NCBI GenBank assembly: GCA_034667725.1
Contig: JAXDQS010000010.1
Location: 128,001 to 192,000, forward strand
Direction: 5' to 3'
DNA: 64,000 nucleotides
Source of the DNA: Thermoplasmata archaeon
GTDB taxonomy: Archaea; Thermoplasmatota; E2; JACPAO01; JAHFTW01
Position 1 is the first letter of the stretch; every line of letters begins with the position of its first letter. A program made the translations under genes and the position numbers. This document shows positions 1 through 9,619 of the stretch, one piece after another. The notes under the pieces are model-generated. The model did no database searches, was not told where the DNA came from, and saw only the letters and a program-made list of their open reading frames with translations.

Positions 1-11
1 GGCCATCCGCT

Positions 12-269
12 TCACTTGAAGTGGTCGGCGTTGATCTGGATGTACTTCTCTTGCCCCGCGGGCACTTCGTCATCGGGGAAGATGGCGTTGACCGGGCAGG
101 CGGACTCGCAGGCGCCGCAGTCGATGCACTCGTCCGGGTTGATGTAGAGCTGGGTGGCGGCGGCGTAGCCGGCGGCGTCCTTCTTGGGGTGGATGCAGTC
201 CACCGGGCAGACGTCGACGCAGCTGGTGTCCTTGGTGCCGATGCACTTCTCGGTGATGACGCGGGTCAT
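12..269 (-). CDS. fdxA: Dicluster (7Fe, FdxA-type) ferredoxin
   Basis: 85 aa; C-x7-C-x3-CP (KCIGTKDTSCVDVCPVDC) plus CIDCGACESACP. Confidence 0.92.
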   Translation of the reverse strand: MTRVITEKCIGTKDTSCVDVCPVDCIHPKKDAAGYAAATQLYINPDECIDCGACESACPVNAIFPDDEVPAGQEKYIQINADHFK

Positions 270-338
270 GGACGCAGGGGCTCCGGGATTGGGCGCGAAC
301 CTGGAGCGGCTTACTTAACGGTTGGCGATTCAGGTCGC

Positions 339-1634
339 CTAAATCCGGCGGCGGGCCGCGACGGCCAGCGAGGCCAGCAGCACCAGGACGACGGGGACGG
401 CGGAGGCGGGCTCGCTGCCTTCCTGGCTGGGGCCGAGCTCGTTGGGGAGGGCGACGACGCGCTCCTTGCTGGTCTCGATCAGGAGCGGCTTGTAGCGCAG
501 GGTGCTGGCGCCGTCGGGGTCGACCAAGAGCTCGCCGCCGGGTGGGATGTCCGCCAAGACGGTGGCGCCGACGGTGGCGTTGCGGGCGACGGCCCAGCCG
601 TGGTTCTTGACCAGGATGCCGCCACCGTCCGCAGGGGTCGCTTCGAGCCACGCGCCCCAGTGCTTGACGTTGCGGACGACCCAGTCGAGGCCGGCGAGCT
701 GGTCGGCGATGACGGCGGGGATGGGCTCGCCGTAGACGGGGATGAACTGGTCCTCGTGGACCTCGAAGGTGTGGCCGGGGACGCCGAGGACGCCGTAGGC
801 CCAGTCGTCGGTGGCGCCGGCGGCGAGGTAGAGCTCGGCGGCCTGCATGGCGTCGACACGACCGTGGGTGGCCTCCTCGAACGGCTTCTCGATTGACTCG
901 AAGAAGGCGGCGTCGGGGGCCTTGTCGTTGCTCCAGCCCCAGGGCCAATAGAACTCGGCGACCCCGGTGTGGGCGGTGACCCAGACGTCGGGCAGGATCT
1001 TGGCGCCGAAAGCCATGTTCGCCTTCACCTCGGCCTCGGAGGCGGGGCTGGGGCCGCGGTAGGTCTGGTCGGCCACGGTGTCGCCGGAGCCGGGGCCGCC
1101 CCATTGGAAGTCGTAGTTGCGGTTGACGTCGACCTGGTTGGCGTTCTTGCGGGTGTCCAGGTAGTTGCCGTCCGGGTTGACGATGGGCACGAGGTAGACC
1201 TCGGTCTCGCGCAGGTAGGCCTGGGTCGCGTCGTCGCCGCCGGCCAGCTCCAAGAGGTCGCGGGCGTAGTACATCAGGAGCTCGACGCCGAGGTACTCGT
1301 TGCCGTGGTGGCCGCCGTCGAGGTAGACGCGCAGCTTCTGGCCGGTGGCGGTGGCGGCGCCGTCGAACAGGACCGACTCGTCGGTGATGCGGATGCCCTC
1401 CAGCGGGAACCCGGTGGCGGTCGTGCCGATGGTGAAGCGCTCGGCGAGGGCGGGCCATTGCGCCTCCCAGGCCGCGAACGCCTCCTGGACGTCGGGCAGG
1501 CGGTGCACCAGCTGGTCGAGGCCCAGGGGGCCGAAGCGGGCGAGGCCTTGGTTGCTGCCGGGGTGGTCGGCGGCGGCCGGCGGGGCGGCCAGGAGAGCGA
1601 CGGCGGCGACGGCCGTCAAGGCCAGCAAGCGCAT
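339..1634 (-). CDS. Secreted M14-family zinc carboxypeptidase with C-terminal membrane anchor
   Basis: Signal peptide; HHGNE, VNPDG, VNRNY, TAHTG and FEV motifs; C-terminal hydrophobic helix plus RRR. Confidence 0.85.
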   Translation of the reverse strand: MRLLALTAVAAVALLAAPPAAADHPGSNQGLARFGPLGLDQLVHRLPDVQEAFAAWEAQWPALAERFTIGTTATGFPLEGIRITDESVLFDGAATATGQKLRVYLDGGHHGNEYLGVELLMYYARDLLELAGGDDATQAYLRETEVYLVPIVNPDGNYLDTRKNANQVDVNRNYDFQWGGPGSGDTVADQTYRGPSPASEAEVKANMAFGAKILPDVWVTAHTGVAEFYWPWGWSNDKAPDAAFFESIEKPFEEATHGRVDAMQAAELYLAAGATDDWAYGVLGVPGHTFEVHEDQFIPVYGEPIPAVIADQLAGLDWVVRNVKHWGAWLEATPADGGGILVKNHGWAVARNATVGATVLADIPPGGELLVDPDGASTLRYKPLLIETSKERVVALPNELGPSQEGSEPASAVPVVLVLLASLAVAARRRI

Positions 1635-1679
1635 GGGGACGGCTTGGGGTCGGGATGGATGAGCTTTGTTGCCTGGCCC

Positions 1680-2135
1680 TCACCGGCCGACGGGGTGGTC
1701 CTCGGCGCGCTGCCGGACGCCGCGCAGCACCCGCAGCACCACCGCCAGGTCGTCTTCGGGCACGCCGCGGAACAGCTCGGCCATGCCGGCCTCGACAGCG
1801 GCGCGCGCCCGCTTCGCGCGGGCCCTGCCTTGGGCGGTGAGCGACACCAGGCTGACGCGCTTGTCGGCGTCGTCCTTGCGCCGCCGGGCCAGCCCCTCGC
1901 GCTCCAGGCGGTTCATGACGCCCGTGAGGTTGGCGGCGGTGGCGCCCTCCAGCTCGGCCAGGCGCCCCAGCGGCAGCTCGCCGTACTCGTAGAGGAACCA
2001 CACCACCCGTGACTGGGCGGGGGTGATGCCGGCCTCTCGCAGCGCCCGGCCCATGTGGGTGCGCATCCCCCACAAGGCGCCGTGCAGGGCTTCGCCCACG
2101 TCGCTCGGGGACGGGGCGGTCGGCGTCTTTGCCAC
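1680..2135 (-). CDS. MarR-family transcriptional regulator
   Basis: GITPAQSRVV...LAELEG...LTGVMNRLEREGLARR..DDADKRVSLVSLTAQGR; GTG start at 2135 chosen by eye. Confidence 0.88.
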   Translation of the reverse strand: MAKTPTAPSPSDVGEALHGALWGMRTHMGRALREAGITPAQSRVVWFLYEYGELPLGRLAELEGATAANLTGVMNRLEREGLARRRKDDADKRVSLVSLTAQGRARAKRARAAVEAGMAELFRGVPEDDLAVVLRVLRGVRQRAEDHPVGR

Positions 2136-2223
2136 GCGCCCCCAGCGGCGGCGGCTCTCAAAGGTCTTCCCCGCGATTTCCTCAATGCCTAAACTATTTG
2201 CAGGCCCGGCGGTCTCCCCGCGC

Positions 2224-2979
2224 ATGGAAGGGTCGCAGCTTGCCAGCCTCCTGCTTGGCCTCCTGAGCGGCGGCTTCTTCGCCCTCGTGGGCTGGACCAT
2301 CCACCGCCGGCCCGTGAGCTCCGAGGTGGTGGCGGCCCGCGACGCCTTCGTGCTGTGGTGGGTGCTGCTCGGCGTCCTCAGCGTCCTGGGGGTCGCCCTC
2401 AACGTCGCCGTGGTCCTGGGGCTGCGCGACCTGGCGCTGCTGACGACGCTGCTGTTGGCGCTGCTCCTGCTGCTGTGCGCCGCGTTCTGGAGCCTTCTGT
2501 GCTACCTGCTCTACCTCTACCTCAACACCAACCGGCTGCGCTGGATCCTGGCCGTCGCCTACACCATCCTGTTCTTCGGCCTGGCCTACTTCGTCCTCTA
2601 CCAGCAGCCCATCGGCGTCGAGGAGACCCGCTGGGGCTTCAAGTTCGACTACGCCCGCGAGCCCAGCGGCCCGGCGGCCCTGGTGGCGGGGCTCCTGTTC
2701 CTGGTGCCGGTCCTGCTCGGCGCCGCCGGCTACCTGAGCCTGTACCGCAAGGTGGACAACCCCGTCCTGCGCCGGCGCATCCTGATCGTGGGCTGCAGCA
2801 TCCTGGTCTGGTTCGGCAGCAGCCTGCCCGCCACCTCGGACCGGGATTTGGGGGAGAACGAGACCTGGCAGCTCGCGAGCCGCCTCATCGGGCTGGCCGC
2901 CACGGCCGCCATCTACTACGCGTACGTCGGCCTCAAGCCCAAGACGGAGACGCCAGCGATGCCGAGGCACAACCCCTGA
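2224..2979 (+). CDS. Stand-alone ~7-TM membrane protein (resembles a membrane sensor domain)
   Basis: ATG 2224; about seven hydrophobic helices and no soluble output domain; divergent from MarR. Confidence 0.7.
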   Translation: MEGSQLASLLLGLLSGGFFALVGWTIHRRPVSSEVVAARDAFVLWWVLLGVLSVLGVALNVAVVLGLRDLALLTTLLLALLLLLCAAFWSLLCYLLYLYLNTNRLRWILAVAYTILFFGLAYFVLYQQPIGVEETRWGFKFDYAREPSGPAALVAGLLFLVPVLLGAAGYLSLYRKVDNPVLRRRILIVGCSILVWFGSSLPATSDRDLGENETWQLASRLIGLAATAAIYYAYVGLKPKTETPAMPRHNP

Positions 2980-2995
2980 GGCCCACCGTCAGAAG

Positions 2996-3290
2996 GACGA
3001 GCACTGATTCGCCCAGATTGGGAAGATTCCCACAGACAATCTGTGGAATTTTTTGGCTAGGCCCCGCCAAATTCAAAGCCAAGGTCTGTGGAATCTGTGT
3101 GCGTCGGGCACCCGACGGGCACCGATTCCCCCAGATTCGGAAGATTCCCACAGATCATCTGTGGAATTTCTGGTTAGGCCCCGCCAAATCCAAAGCAAGG
3201 GTCTGTGGAATCTGTGTCCAGTCGGCGGGAGACGCGACGGGCACTGATTCCCTCAGATTCGGAAGATTCCCACAGACCTCTTTGGAACTT
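2996..3290 (+). repeat. Palindromic mosaic repeat array 1
   Basis: Units start at 2996, 3114 and 3236 (periods 118 and 122): GACGRGCACYGATT..CAGATTSGGAAGATTCCCACAGA-nnn-TCTGTGGAATT..GGCTAGGCCCCGCCAAA..CAAAGC..GGTCTGTGGAATCTGTGT; between convergent genes. Confidence 0.95.
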
Positions 3291-3312
3291 GTCCGGTCGA
3301 GGAAACCGGCGT

Positions 3313-4764
3313 CTATCGGACGACCATCGGCTTGCCCGTCCCCGGCGCCGCCACCAGGTCGTGGTCCTCGACGACGGCCCGGCCCGCCAGGAAGGTGTGG
3401 CTGGGGAAGATGGCGTTGTGCCCCTCGAACGGAGTCCAGCCGCATTTGGCGTGCAGCTTCTTGGCCTCGACCTTGACGGTCTTCATGTCGTACACCGCGA
3501 AGTCGGCGCGCAAGCCGGGCTCCAGGCTGCCGCGGTCGTCCAGGCCCAGCAGCTGGGCGGGGTTGCGGGTGGCGGCGTCCACGACGACCTTGAGGTCCAC
3601 CTTGCCGGCCTTTGCCTGGGCCATCATGAGGGGCACCATGGTCTCGACGCCGGGCACGCCGCTGGGGGCCGCGTGGAAATTGTCCTCCTTCTCGATGCCG
3701 GTGTGCGGCGCGTGGTCGGACTCCAGGATGGGGATGCGGCCGGCGGCGAACAGGTCCCAGAGCTGCTTGCGGGCGGCGGGTCCGCGCAGGGGCGGGTTCA
3801 TCTTGCCGTAGGCGTGGGTGAGCGGGACGTTGGTGTCCAGCAGGAGGTGGTGCGGGCAGACGCCGAGGCTGAACTTGGCGGTGCGGGCGGCCTCGACGGC
3901 CTCGGCGCTGGCGGTGTGCGCGATGTGGATCTGGGGCGGCTTCTTGGTGGTGGCCACGGCCTTCATCGCGTCGTAGATGGCCTCGACCTCGGCCATCGGC
4001 GGGCGGAACATGTCGTGCTCCTGCAGGCTGGCCTCGTTGCGGCGGAGCTGCTGCAGGACGCGTTGGGACTCGGCGTGCAGGGCGACCGGGCGGCCGGCGG
4101 CGCCGGCGGCCTGGACGATGGCCTGGAACCGCGCCATGTCCTCCAGCAGGAGGTCGCCGGTGGTGGCGCCGAGGTAGGTCTTGACGCCGGCGGCGAGCTT
4201 GAGCATCTCCGGCAGGTCGCCGGTGTACCAGGAGCCGCCGGCCCAGGCGGCGTAGTCCACCACCGACTTCTGGGCCGCGAGGGCGAGCTTGTCCTTGAGC
4301 GCCCGGAGGGTGGTGGTCGCGGGCAGCGTGTTGGGCATGTCGACGAAGCCGGTGACGCCGCCGAAGGCCGCCGACACGGAGCCGGTGGTCAGGTCCTCCT
4401 TGTGGGTGTGGCCGGGCTCGCGGAAGTGGACGTGCAGGTCGATGGCGCCGGGCAGGATGGCCGCCGTGCCGAAGTCGTGATGGGTCGCAAGCGTCGTGGA
4501 CTTGGCAACGCGCACGATGCGGCCCGTGCGGGTGTCGATGTGCAGGACGCCGTCCGTGAGCTTGCCGCCGCGGTAGATTTGCCCTGCGATGGAGAGGTCG
4601 GCGTCGCCGTCGGTGTCGCGCGAGGCCACGCCGCCGGCCGCCTTGACGGTTCGGGTGGCGGGCTTGGGGGCCGCGACCTTGACGGGGGTTTTCTTGATGG
4701 GCTTCGCGACGGCCTTGGGCTTGGGCCTGGGCTTGGCCTTCGCCGCCTTGGCCGGCTTGGGCAT
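3313..4764 (-). CDS. pyrC: Dihydroorotase (amidohydrolase superfamily) with Lys/Ala/Pro-rich N-terminal extension
   Basis: DLHVHFREPG, DMPNT, CPHHL, KMNPPLR, SDHAPH, KCGWTPFEG; ATG 4764 overlaps the upstream stop. Confidence 0.85.
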   Translation of the reverse strand: MPKPAKAAKAKPRPKPKAVAKPIKKTPVKVAAPKPATRTVKAAGGVASRDTDGDADLSIAGQIYRGGKLTDGVLHIDTRTGRIVRVAKSTTLATHHDFGTAAILPGAIDLHVHFREPGHTHKEDLTTGSVSAAFGGVTGFVDMPNTLPATTTLRALKDKLALAAQKSVVDYAAWAGGSWYTGDLPEMLKLAAGVKTYLGATTGDLLLEDMARFQAIVQAAGAAGRPVALHAESQRVLQQLRRNEASLQEHDMFRPPMAEVEAIYDAMKAVATTKKPPQIHIAHTASAEAVEAARTAKFSLGVCPHHLLLDTNVPLTHAYGKMNPPLRGPAARKQLWDLFAAGRIPILESDHAPHTGIEKEDNFHAAPSGVPGVETMVPLMMAQAKAGKVDLKVVVDAATRNPAQLLGLDDRGSLEPGLRADFAVYDMKTVKVEAKKLHAKCGWTPFEGHNAIFPSHTFLAGRAVVEDHDLVAAPGTGKPMVVR

Positions 4765-5333
4765 CAGGCGAGCCCCCAGACGTTGATCTCGCCGGCGTCG
4801 ACCATCTCGGTGACGGAGGCGCGGAACGTGGTGAGCCAGCGGGCGAGCATCAGGCCGTGGCCCAGGATGAGGCCGGCAAGGACGCCGTTGAACGCGATGG
4901 CGGGGGCGCTCAGGACCTCGGTGGGGCCGGCGTCGCGCATCAGGGCCAGGACGACGAGGGTGGCCTCGACGCCCCAGAACACGAACAGCACGGCGGCGTA
5001 GAGGTAGGGGAGGTTGCGGCCGCTGCGGCCGTGGACCTTGCGGTGCAGCTCGGCGACCGACTCGGCGGCGGGGGCGTAGCGCATCCATTGGGTCCAAGTG
5101 CCGCGGATCGAGGCCTCGTATTTTCGGACCCGCATCCGGCCGGCAAGCAAGCCGACCAGGACGCCGACGAGGTAGGCGCCGGCGTGGACGGCCAGGCCGA
5201 CGAGCGGCATCAGCAGGTGGGCCAAGCCCAAGAACAGCAGGCCCAGCACGCCGCCCACCACCGCCCGGGTCCGGCAGGCACGCCGGTCCGCCCCCAGGAT
5301 GTCCAGGAAATGGCTGGCCACGCCTGAGGGCAT
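4764..5333 (-). CDS. Hypothetical 4-TM membrane protein
   Basis: 189 aa ORF with four hydrophobic segments; abuts the pyrC start. Confidence 0.7.
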   Translation of the reverse strand: MPSGVASHFLDILGADRRACRTRAVVGGVLGLLFLGLAHLLMPLVGLAVHAGAYLVGVLVGLLAGRMRVRKYEASIRGTWTQWMRYAPAAESVAELHRKVHGRSGRNLPYLYAAVLFVFWGVEATLVVLALMRDAGPTEVLSAPAIAFNGVLAGLILGHGLMLARWLTTFRASVTEMVDAGEINVWGLA

Positions 5334-5372
5334 GGCTCGGATGAGCCGCCCGCCTTTCTTGAAGGGCCCGGT

Positions 5373-6167
5373 TCAGTTCGGCGGGGCGTGGCCGAGCCAG
5401 CGCGCGAACACCAGGAACCCGGTGTGGCCCAACCCCTCGAAGCTGGGCCGGCTGCCGCGCTCCTTGACCTCCCAGCCGCGCTCGATCAATTCCAGCGCCC
5501 GCACCTGGGCAAAGCCAAGCTGGCCGAGGGCGCGGACGGTCGCCTCCATCTGGCTGACCTGCGGCGTGTAGCACGCGACCCGGGCGCCGGGGGCCAGCAC
5601 CGGGACGACATGGGGAAGGGCAAGCCAGGGCTCCGGCTGGTCCAGGAGGCAGGCCTGGAACGGGCCCGCGACGCCGGGGGCCAATCCTTGCGTCAAGTCG
5701 CCGATGGCGAGCCGCAGGCGGGCGTCGAGGCCGGCGCGGCGGGCGTTGTCGCGCGCCCAGTCGGCGAACTCGTCGCGCAGCTCCTGGGCGACCACCTCGC
5801 CTGCCGGGCCCACGGCCCAGAGGAGCGGGAGGGTGACGGCGCCGCTGCCGATGCCGGACTCCAGCACGCGCGAGCCGACCCCGACGCCGAGCTCCCACAC
5901 GATGCGGCTGGCGTCCTTCGGCGTGATGATCTGCGCCTTGCGCTGGAGGGTCGCGGCGAGGTCCACGAGGTCGGGGCGCAGCACGACGACGGCCTTGGCG
6001 CCGACGGTGGCGCGGGCGCCGTAGGGAAGCCCCTCGATGCGGGCGGGGTCGAACACGCCGAGGCCCTTCTGCTTGCGGGCGCCTTGGCCGTCGAGCTGGA
6101 CGAGGTGGACGTGACCCGTGTCGGGCTCCAAGAGGGCAACACGGTCCCCGGCCTGGACGGCCGTCAT
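5373..6167 (-). CDS. trmI: tRNA (adenine-N1)-methyltransferase TrmI/GCD14
   Basis: RKAQIITPKD, VLESGIGSG, LDQPEPW, YTPQVSQ, GHTGFLVFAR. Confidence 0.92.
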   Translation of the reverse strand: MTAVQAGDRVALLEPDTGHVHLVQLDGQGARKQKGLGVFDPARIEGLPYGARATVGAKAVVVLRPDLVDLAATLQRKAQIITPKDASRIVWELGVGVGSRVLESGIGSGAVTLPLLWAVGPAGEVVAQELRDEFADWARDNARRAGLDARLRLAIGDLTQGLAPGVAGPFQACLLDQPEPWLALPHVVPVLAPGARVACYTPQVSQMEATVRALGQLGFAQVRALELIERGWEVKERGSRPSFEGLGHTGFLVFARWLGHAPPN

Positions 6168-6517
6168 GGCTTCAGGGCGGCCTGGAGCTTGGCCTGCAGC
6201 TGGCCCATCTGCTCGCGCAGCTGCTGCTCCTGCTTCTGCATCCGCGCGACCCGGATCTCGAGGGTCTCGAGGTCTTCCTTGAGCTTGTCCACGGCCGCCT
6301 GCTTGGACGGCTCCTTCACCAGGAGGGCGCCGACGCTGCGGTAGACGGGCGCGTCGGCCGGCAGGGACTCCAGGGCCGCGAGCGCCTGCTCGGACTCCGC
6401 CTTCATCGCCTCGAACTGCCCGCGCTGGGCCGCCGTGGCCTGCATCTGCTGGTTCAGCGCCTGCAACGTCTGGAGCTGCTGCTGGACCTGGGGCGGGAGG
6501 GACTGGGCGTCGGCCAC
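6164..6517 (-). CDS. pfdB: Prefoldin subunit beta
   Basis: 117 aa coiled coil - VYRSVGALLVK hairpin - coiled coil; LPPQVQQQL N-terminus. Confidence 0.92.
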   Translation of the reverse strand: MADAQSLPPQVQQQLQTLQALNQQMQATAAQRGQFEAMKAESEQALAALESLPADAPVYRSVGALLVKEPSKQAAVDKLKEDLETLEIRVARMQKQEQQLREQMGQLQAKLQAALKP

Positions 6518-6564
6518 GGCGCGGGGCAGGAGGGGGCGGCTTAAGAGATGCGGACTCAGGCGAC

Positions 6565-7044
6565 TCAGGCGTCTTCGTCCTGGGCTTCATGGGCCAGCTC
6601 GGCAACACGGGGATGCGCCTTCTTGGCATTCAGGAAGTCCGATTCCAGCTCGGCCAGCTCCTGCGGGCGCATCACCAGCAAGACCAAGGGGCCGCCCAGG
6701 CCGACGTCGTCCACGCGGCAGAAGCTGAGCTCCACGTCATGCGAGTGCCCAAGGGGTCCCTGAATCCGGGTCCGCAGGATGTCCTGCGCGTGGCCCGGCC
6801 ACTCGCCGACCTCCTGCTCCGAGCACGCGCGCGCGATCCTGGTGACGTCCGGGTCCGTGAAGATGCGGTTGAGCCTCGCGCCCAACGCCTGGTCCACAGG
6901 AAGGCCCGACATCTCCTTTGCGGCCCGGTTGAACAGCACGACCTCCTGCCCCGGGAAGCGGACCAACACCAACCCGTCGCGGACGTTGTCGAAGATTCCG
7001 GGGAGGCCGAACCTCGCCTGGTCCTGGGCAGCCCCGCGAGCCAT
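6565..7044 (-). CDS. Stand-alone PAS-domain protein
   Basis: IFDNVRDGLVLV...VVLFNRAAKEMSG...LG..L..IF and VELSF..V PAS pattern. Confidence 0.7.
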   Translation of the reverse strand: MARGAAQDQARFGLPGIFDNVRDGLVLVRFPGQEVVLFNRAAKEMSGLPVDQALGARLNRIFTDPDVTRIARACSEQEVGEWPGHAQDILRTRIQGPLGHSHDVELSFCRVDDVGLGGPLVLLVMRPQELAELESDFLNAKKAHPRVAELAHEAQDEDA

Positions 7045-7284
7045 GGGCACTCAAGGGGTCCTGGGTTCATCCGCCCCTCGCCTGCGGCAAGCCCGAGGCG
7101 CGGCGAAGGACGGCGCGCACCGGCAGCCGGTCATCCTTGGGGGTGCGGCAACGGTTCCGGGGGCGGATGGACGAGCCGGCCGACGGCCCTTTGCGCTCCC
7201 GGCCGGCGGCCGACGGCCCCAGGGCCTTCGGCCCGACCCCAAAACACCAAAGGCTCGAACCTGTTCGAGTCCTTGGCGAACGCG

Positions 7285-7974
7285 ATGGGGATGACCGAGC
7301 TGCTGTTCCAGGTCGAGCTGCCGGAGTGGCCGCTGGCGACCTTCACCCGCGAGGTGCGCGACTCGCGCGTCATCATGAACCACATCCGGTTCGACGACGA
7401 CCACTTCCCGACGCGCAACATCTTCACGGTGCTGGCGCCGGAAGAGCACTACCCGCGGCTGGTCAACGCCCTGCGCGACTTCTACACCACCGTGACCGTG
7501 CTCCGGCAGGACGCCCAGGCCCTGTCCGTCCTCGTCGAGCCCGCCCCCGACCGGATGCGGTTCCTCAAGGCGCCCTTCACCGCCGCCCTGCGCGCCCTAG
7601 GCCCCGACCGCATCCTGCGGCCCATCATCATCAAGGACGGCTGGATGACCGTCGGCATCATCACGGCGGCCCAGATCGAGATCGGCGACATCATCCGCAC
7701 GGCGGGCGAGTCGTTCAAGCGCGCCGGCCTCAACATGAAGCTCATCCGGTGGGGCGAGTACCGCCCGGAGGACCACCCCATCGGCGACTTCGAGGAGAAG
7801 CTGACGCCCAAGCAGACGGAGATCGTCAAGATGGGCCTCGCGCTGGGCTTCTACGACAACCCGCGGCGCTGCAACCTCGAGACGCTGGCCGGCGTGTTCG
7901 GCATCTCCAAGGCGGCGGCGCACAACCGCCTCAAGAGCGCCGAGCGCAAGATCCTCACGAGCTACTTCAGCTGA
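7285..7974 (+). CDS. HTH-10 (bacterio-opsin activator-type) transcriptional regulator
   Basis: C-terminal LTPKQTEIVKMGLALGFYDNPRRCNLETLAGVFGISKAAAHNRLKSAERKI. Confidence 0.88.
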   Translation: MGMTELLFQVELPEWPLATFTREVRDSRVIMNHIRFDDDHFPTRNIFTVLAPEEHYPRLVNALRDFYTTVTVLRQDAQALSVLVEPAPDRMRFLKAPFTAALRALGPDRILRPIIIKDGWMTVGIITAAQIEIGDIIRTAGESFKRAGLNMKLIRWGEYRPEDHPIGDFEEKLTPKQTEIVKMGLALGFYDNPRRCNLETLAGVFGISKAAAHNRLKSAERKILTSYFS

Positions 7975-7976
7975 CC

Positions 7977-8480
7977 ATGCCCCGCGCCCCGTTGCCCATC
8001 CCCGAGGAGACCAAGGCGGTCGCGGCCCGCGACCGCGGCCTGGCCCGCGCCAGCGCCGCGCTGGCGCTCGCCGGCGTGCTGGCCTGCGCGCTGCCGTTCT
8101 GGCTCGCCCCGGGGATGCACGCCGACCGGGAGGGCCTCTGGGTCGCGGCGGCCTGCGTGCCCCTCGGCCTGCTGCTGCCGGTCTTTGCCCTGCGCCGCGC
8201 CGGCCTGGCCCCGCTTGCCGCGGGCGCGGCGGCCGGCCTGCTGCTCGGCCTCTGGGTCCATGCGCTCGCGACCGACCCGGCGCGCACCGCCGACTTTTGG
8301 CTCGCCTACGTCCTGGGCCTCGCGGCCGCGGCCGTCGGCGGCGGCGTCGCCGGCACCATCTGGTCGATGGCGGCCGACGACGAGCTGCGCGGCGTCCAGC
8401 TCGGCTGCGCCGTGGCCTGCGCCTGGCTGGTCGCTTGGGGCGGCACCGCCTTCGCCTTGGCTGTTGCCTGGCAAAGCTGA
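7977..8480 (+). CDS. Hypothetical multi-pass membrane protein
   Basis: ATG 2 nt after the upstream stop; about five hydrophobic helices. Confidence 0.6.
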   Translation: MPRAPLPIPEETKAVAARDRGLARASAALALAGVLACALPFWLAPGMHADREGLWVAAACVPLGLLLPVFALRRAGLAPLAAGAAAGLLLGLWVHALATDPARTADFWLAYVLGLAAAAVGGGVAGTIWSMAADDELRGVQLGCAVACAWLVAWGGTAFALAVAWQS

Positions 8481-8507
8481 AGTGCCCCCCGCCACCGTTC
8501 CCGCGCG

Positions 8508-9290
8508 ATGCAGCCCGGCCAGCCGCGCCCTGCGAAAGCCGCCAAGGCCACCGTCAAGCCGGCGACGAAGACGGTGCTGGTGGCCCAGCACCCGGCCGTC
8601 GCCGTCACGCAAGTGGAGGTCCAGGCGCCGGCGTCGGCCGTGGCCCGCGAGCCGCCCGGCCTGCTGGTCGCGCACTACGCGACGCTCTGCATCCCCGTCC
8701 TGCTGGCGGTGCTGTTCGTCGCCGGCCACGACGCCATGGACCGGCCGAATCCTGACGCCGGGGCCGCGCGGACCATGTACACCGTCGTGCTGGTCGCCGG
8801 CGTCGTGGGCTTGGCGGGCAGCGCCTACCTCGCCACGCGCAGCCACCCCGTGGCCATGCTCGGCGTCGCCGCCGGCATCCCGATCGCCCTCTGGGTGGCC
8901 TCGCTGGCCCGCGTCTACGGCGGCTACTACTGCGACAACATGAACCGGTGGTCCTGGAGCACCACCTACCCGTGCAACCGGGACGCCCTCATCGGCGGCG
9001 ACGTGACCCTGCTTGCGACCTTGCCCCTCATCGGCGCCGGCGTCGCCGCCGCCTTCCTGCACCGCGCCAACGCCAAGGCCGCGATGGCGCTGTTCGTCGG
9101 CACCACCATGGCGCTGGGCGCCGCCTTCGCCCTCGCCGCGGCGCTCGTCCTGCCCCAGGTCGGCGGCGACGTCGCCAAGGCCTCGGCCGCCAACCAGGTC
9201 GTCCACCACACGCCGGGCGTCGAGCTGGCCGTCCTCGCGGCCGCCCTGCTGGGCCTCGCCGCCATCGGGCGCCTGCGCCGCCGCCGCTAG
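8508..9290 (+). CDS. Multi-pass membrane protein with PGF-CTERM-like tail
   Basis: Several TM helices, a Cys-pair loop (YYCD...YPCN), C-terminus TPGVELAVLAAALLGLAAIGRLRRRR. Confidence 0.65.
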   Translation: MQPGQPRPAKAAKATVKPATKTVLVAQHPAVAVTQVEVQAPASAVAREPPGLLVAHYATLCIPVLLAVLFVAGHDAMDRPNPDAGAARTMYTVVLVAGVVGLAGSAYLATRSHPVAMLGVAAGIPIALWVASLARVYGGYYCDNMNRWSWSTTYPCNRDALIGGDVTLLATLPLIGAGVAAAFLHRANAKAAMALFVGTTMALGAAFALAAALVLPQVGGDVAKASAANQVVHHTPGVELAVLAAALLGLAAIGRLRRRR

Positions 9291-9619
9291 CGCAGCGTCC
9301 GGTCGAGCTTCGCCAGGTGGGTGCGCCAGAAGTCGGCCACGTCGCCGACGTAGCCCGCCGCCTCGCGCAGCCCCGCGTCCGCGATGGCGTGCCAGCGCTC
9401 GCGCCCGCGCGCCTCGACCTGCACCAGCCCCGCGGCGCGCAGCACCCGCAGGTGGCGCGACACCGCCGGCCGGCTCACCGCGAACCGCGCCGCCACGTCG
9501 CCGGCCCGCATCGGCCCCGCCGCCAGCACGACGAGGATCTGCCGCCGCGTGGCGTCCGCCAACGCGCGGAACGCCTCGTCCTGCACGGCGGCCTTGCGGG
9601 TCCGGACGGCGCGCGGCAT
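9287..9619 (-). CDS. ArsR/SmtB-family regulator
   Basis: AFRALADATRRQIL...VSRPAVSRHLRVLRAAGLV...GRER. Confidence 0.9.
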   Translation of the reverse strand: MPRAVRTRKAAVQDEAFRALADATRRQILVVLAAGPMRAGDVAARFAVSRPAVSRHLRVLRAAGLVQVEARGRERWHAIADAGLREAAGYVGDVADFWRTHLAKLDRTLR

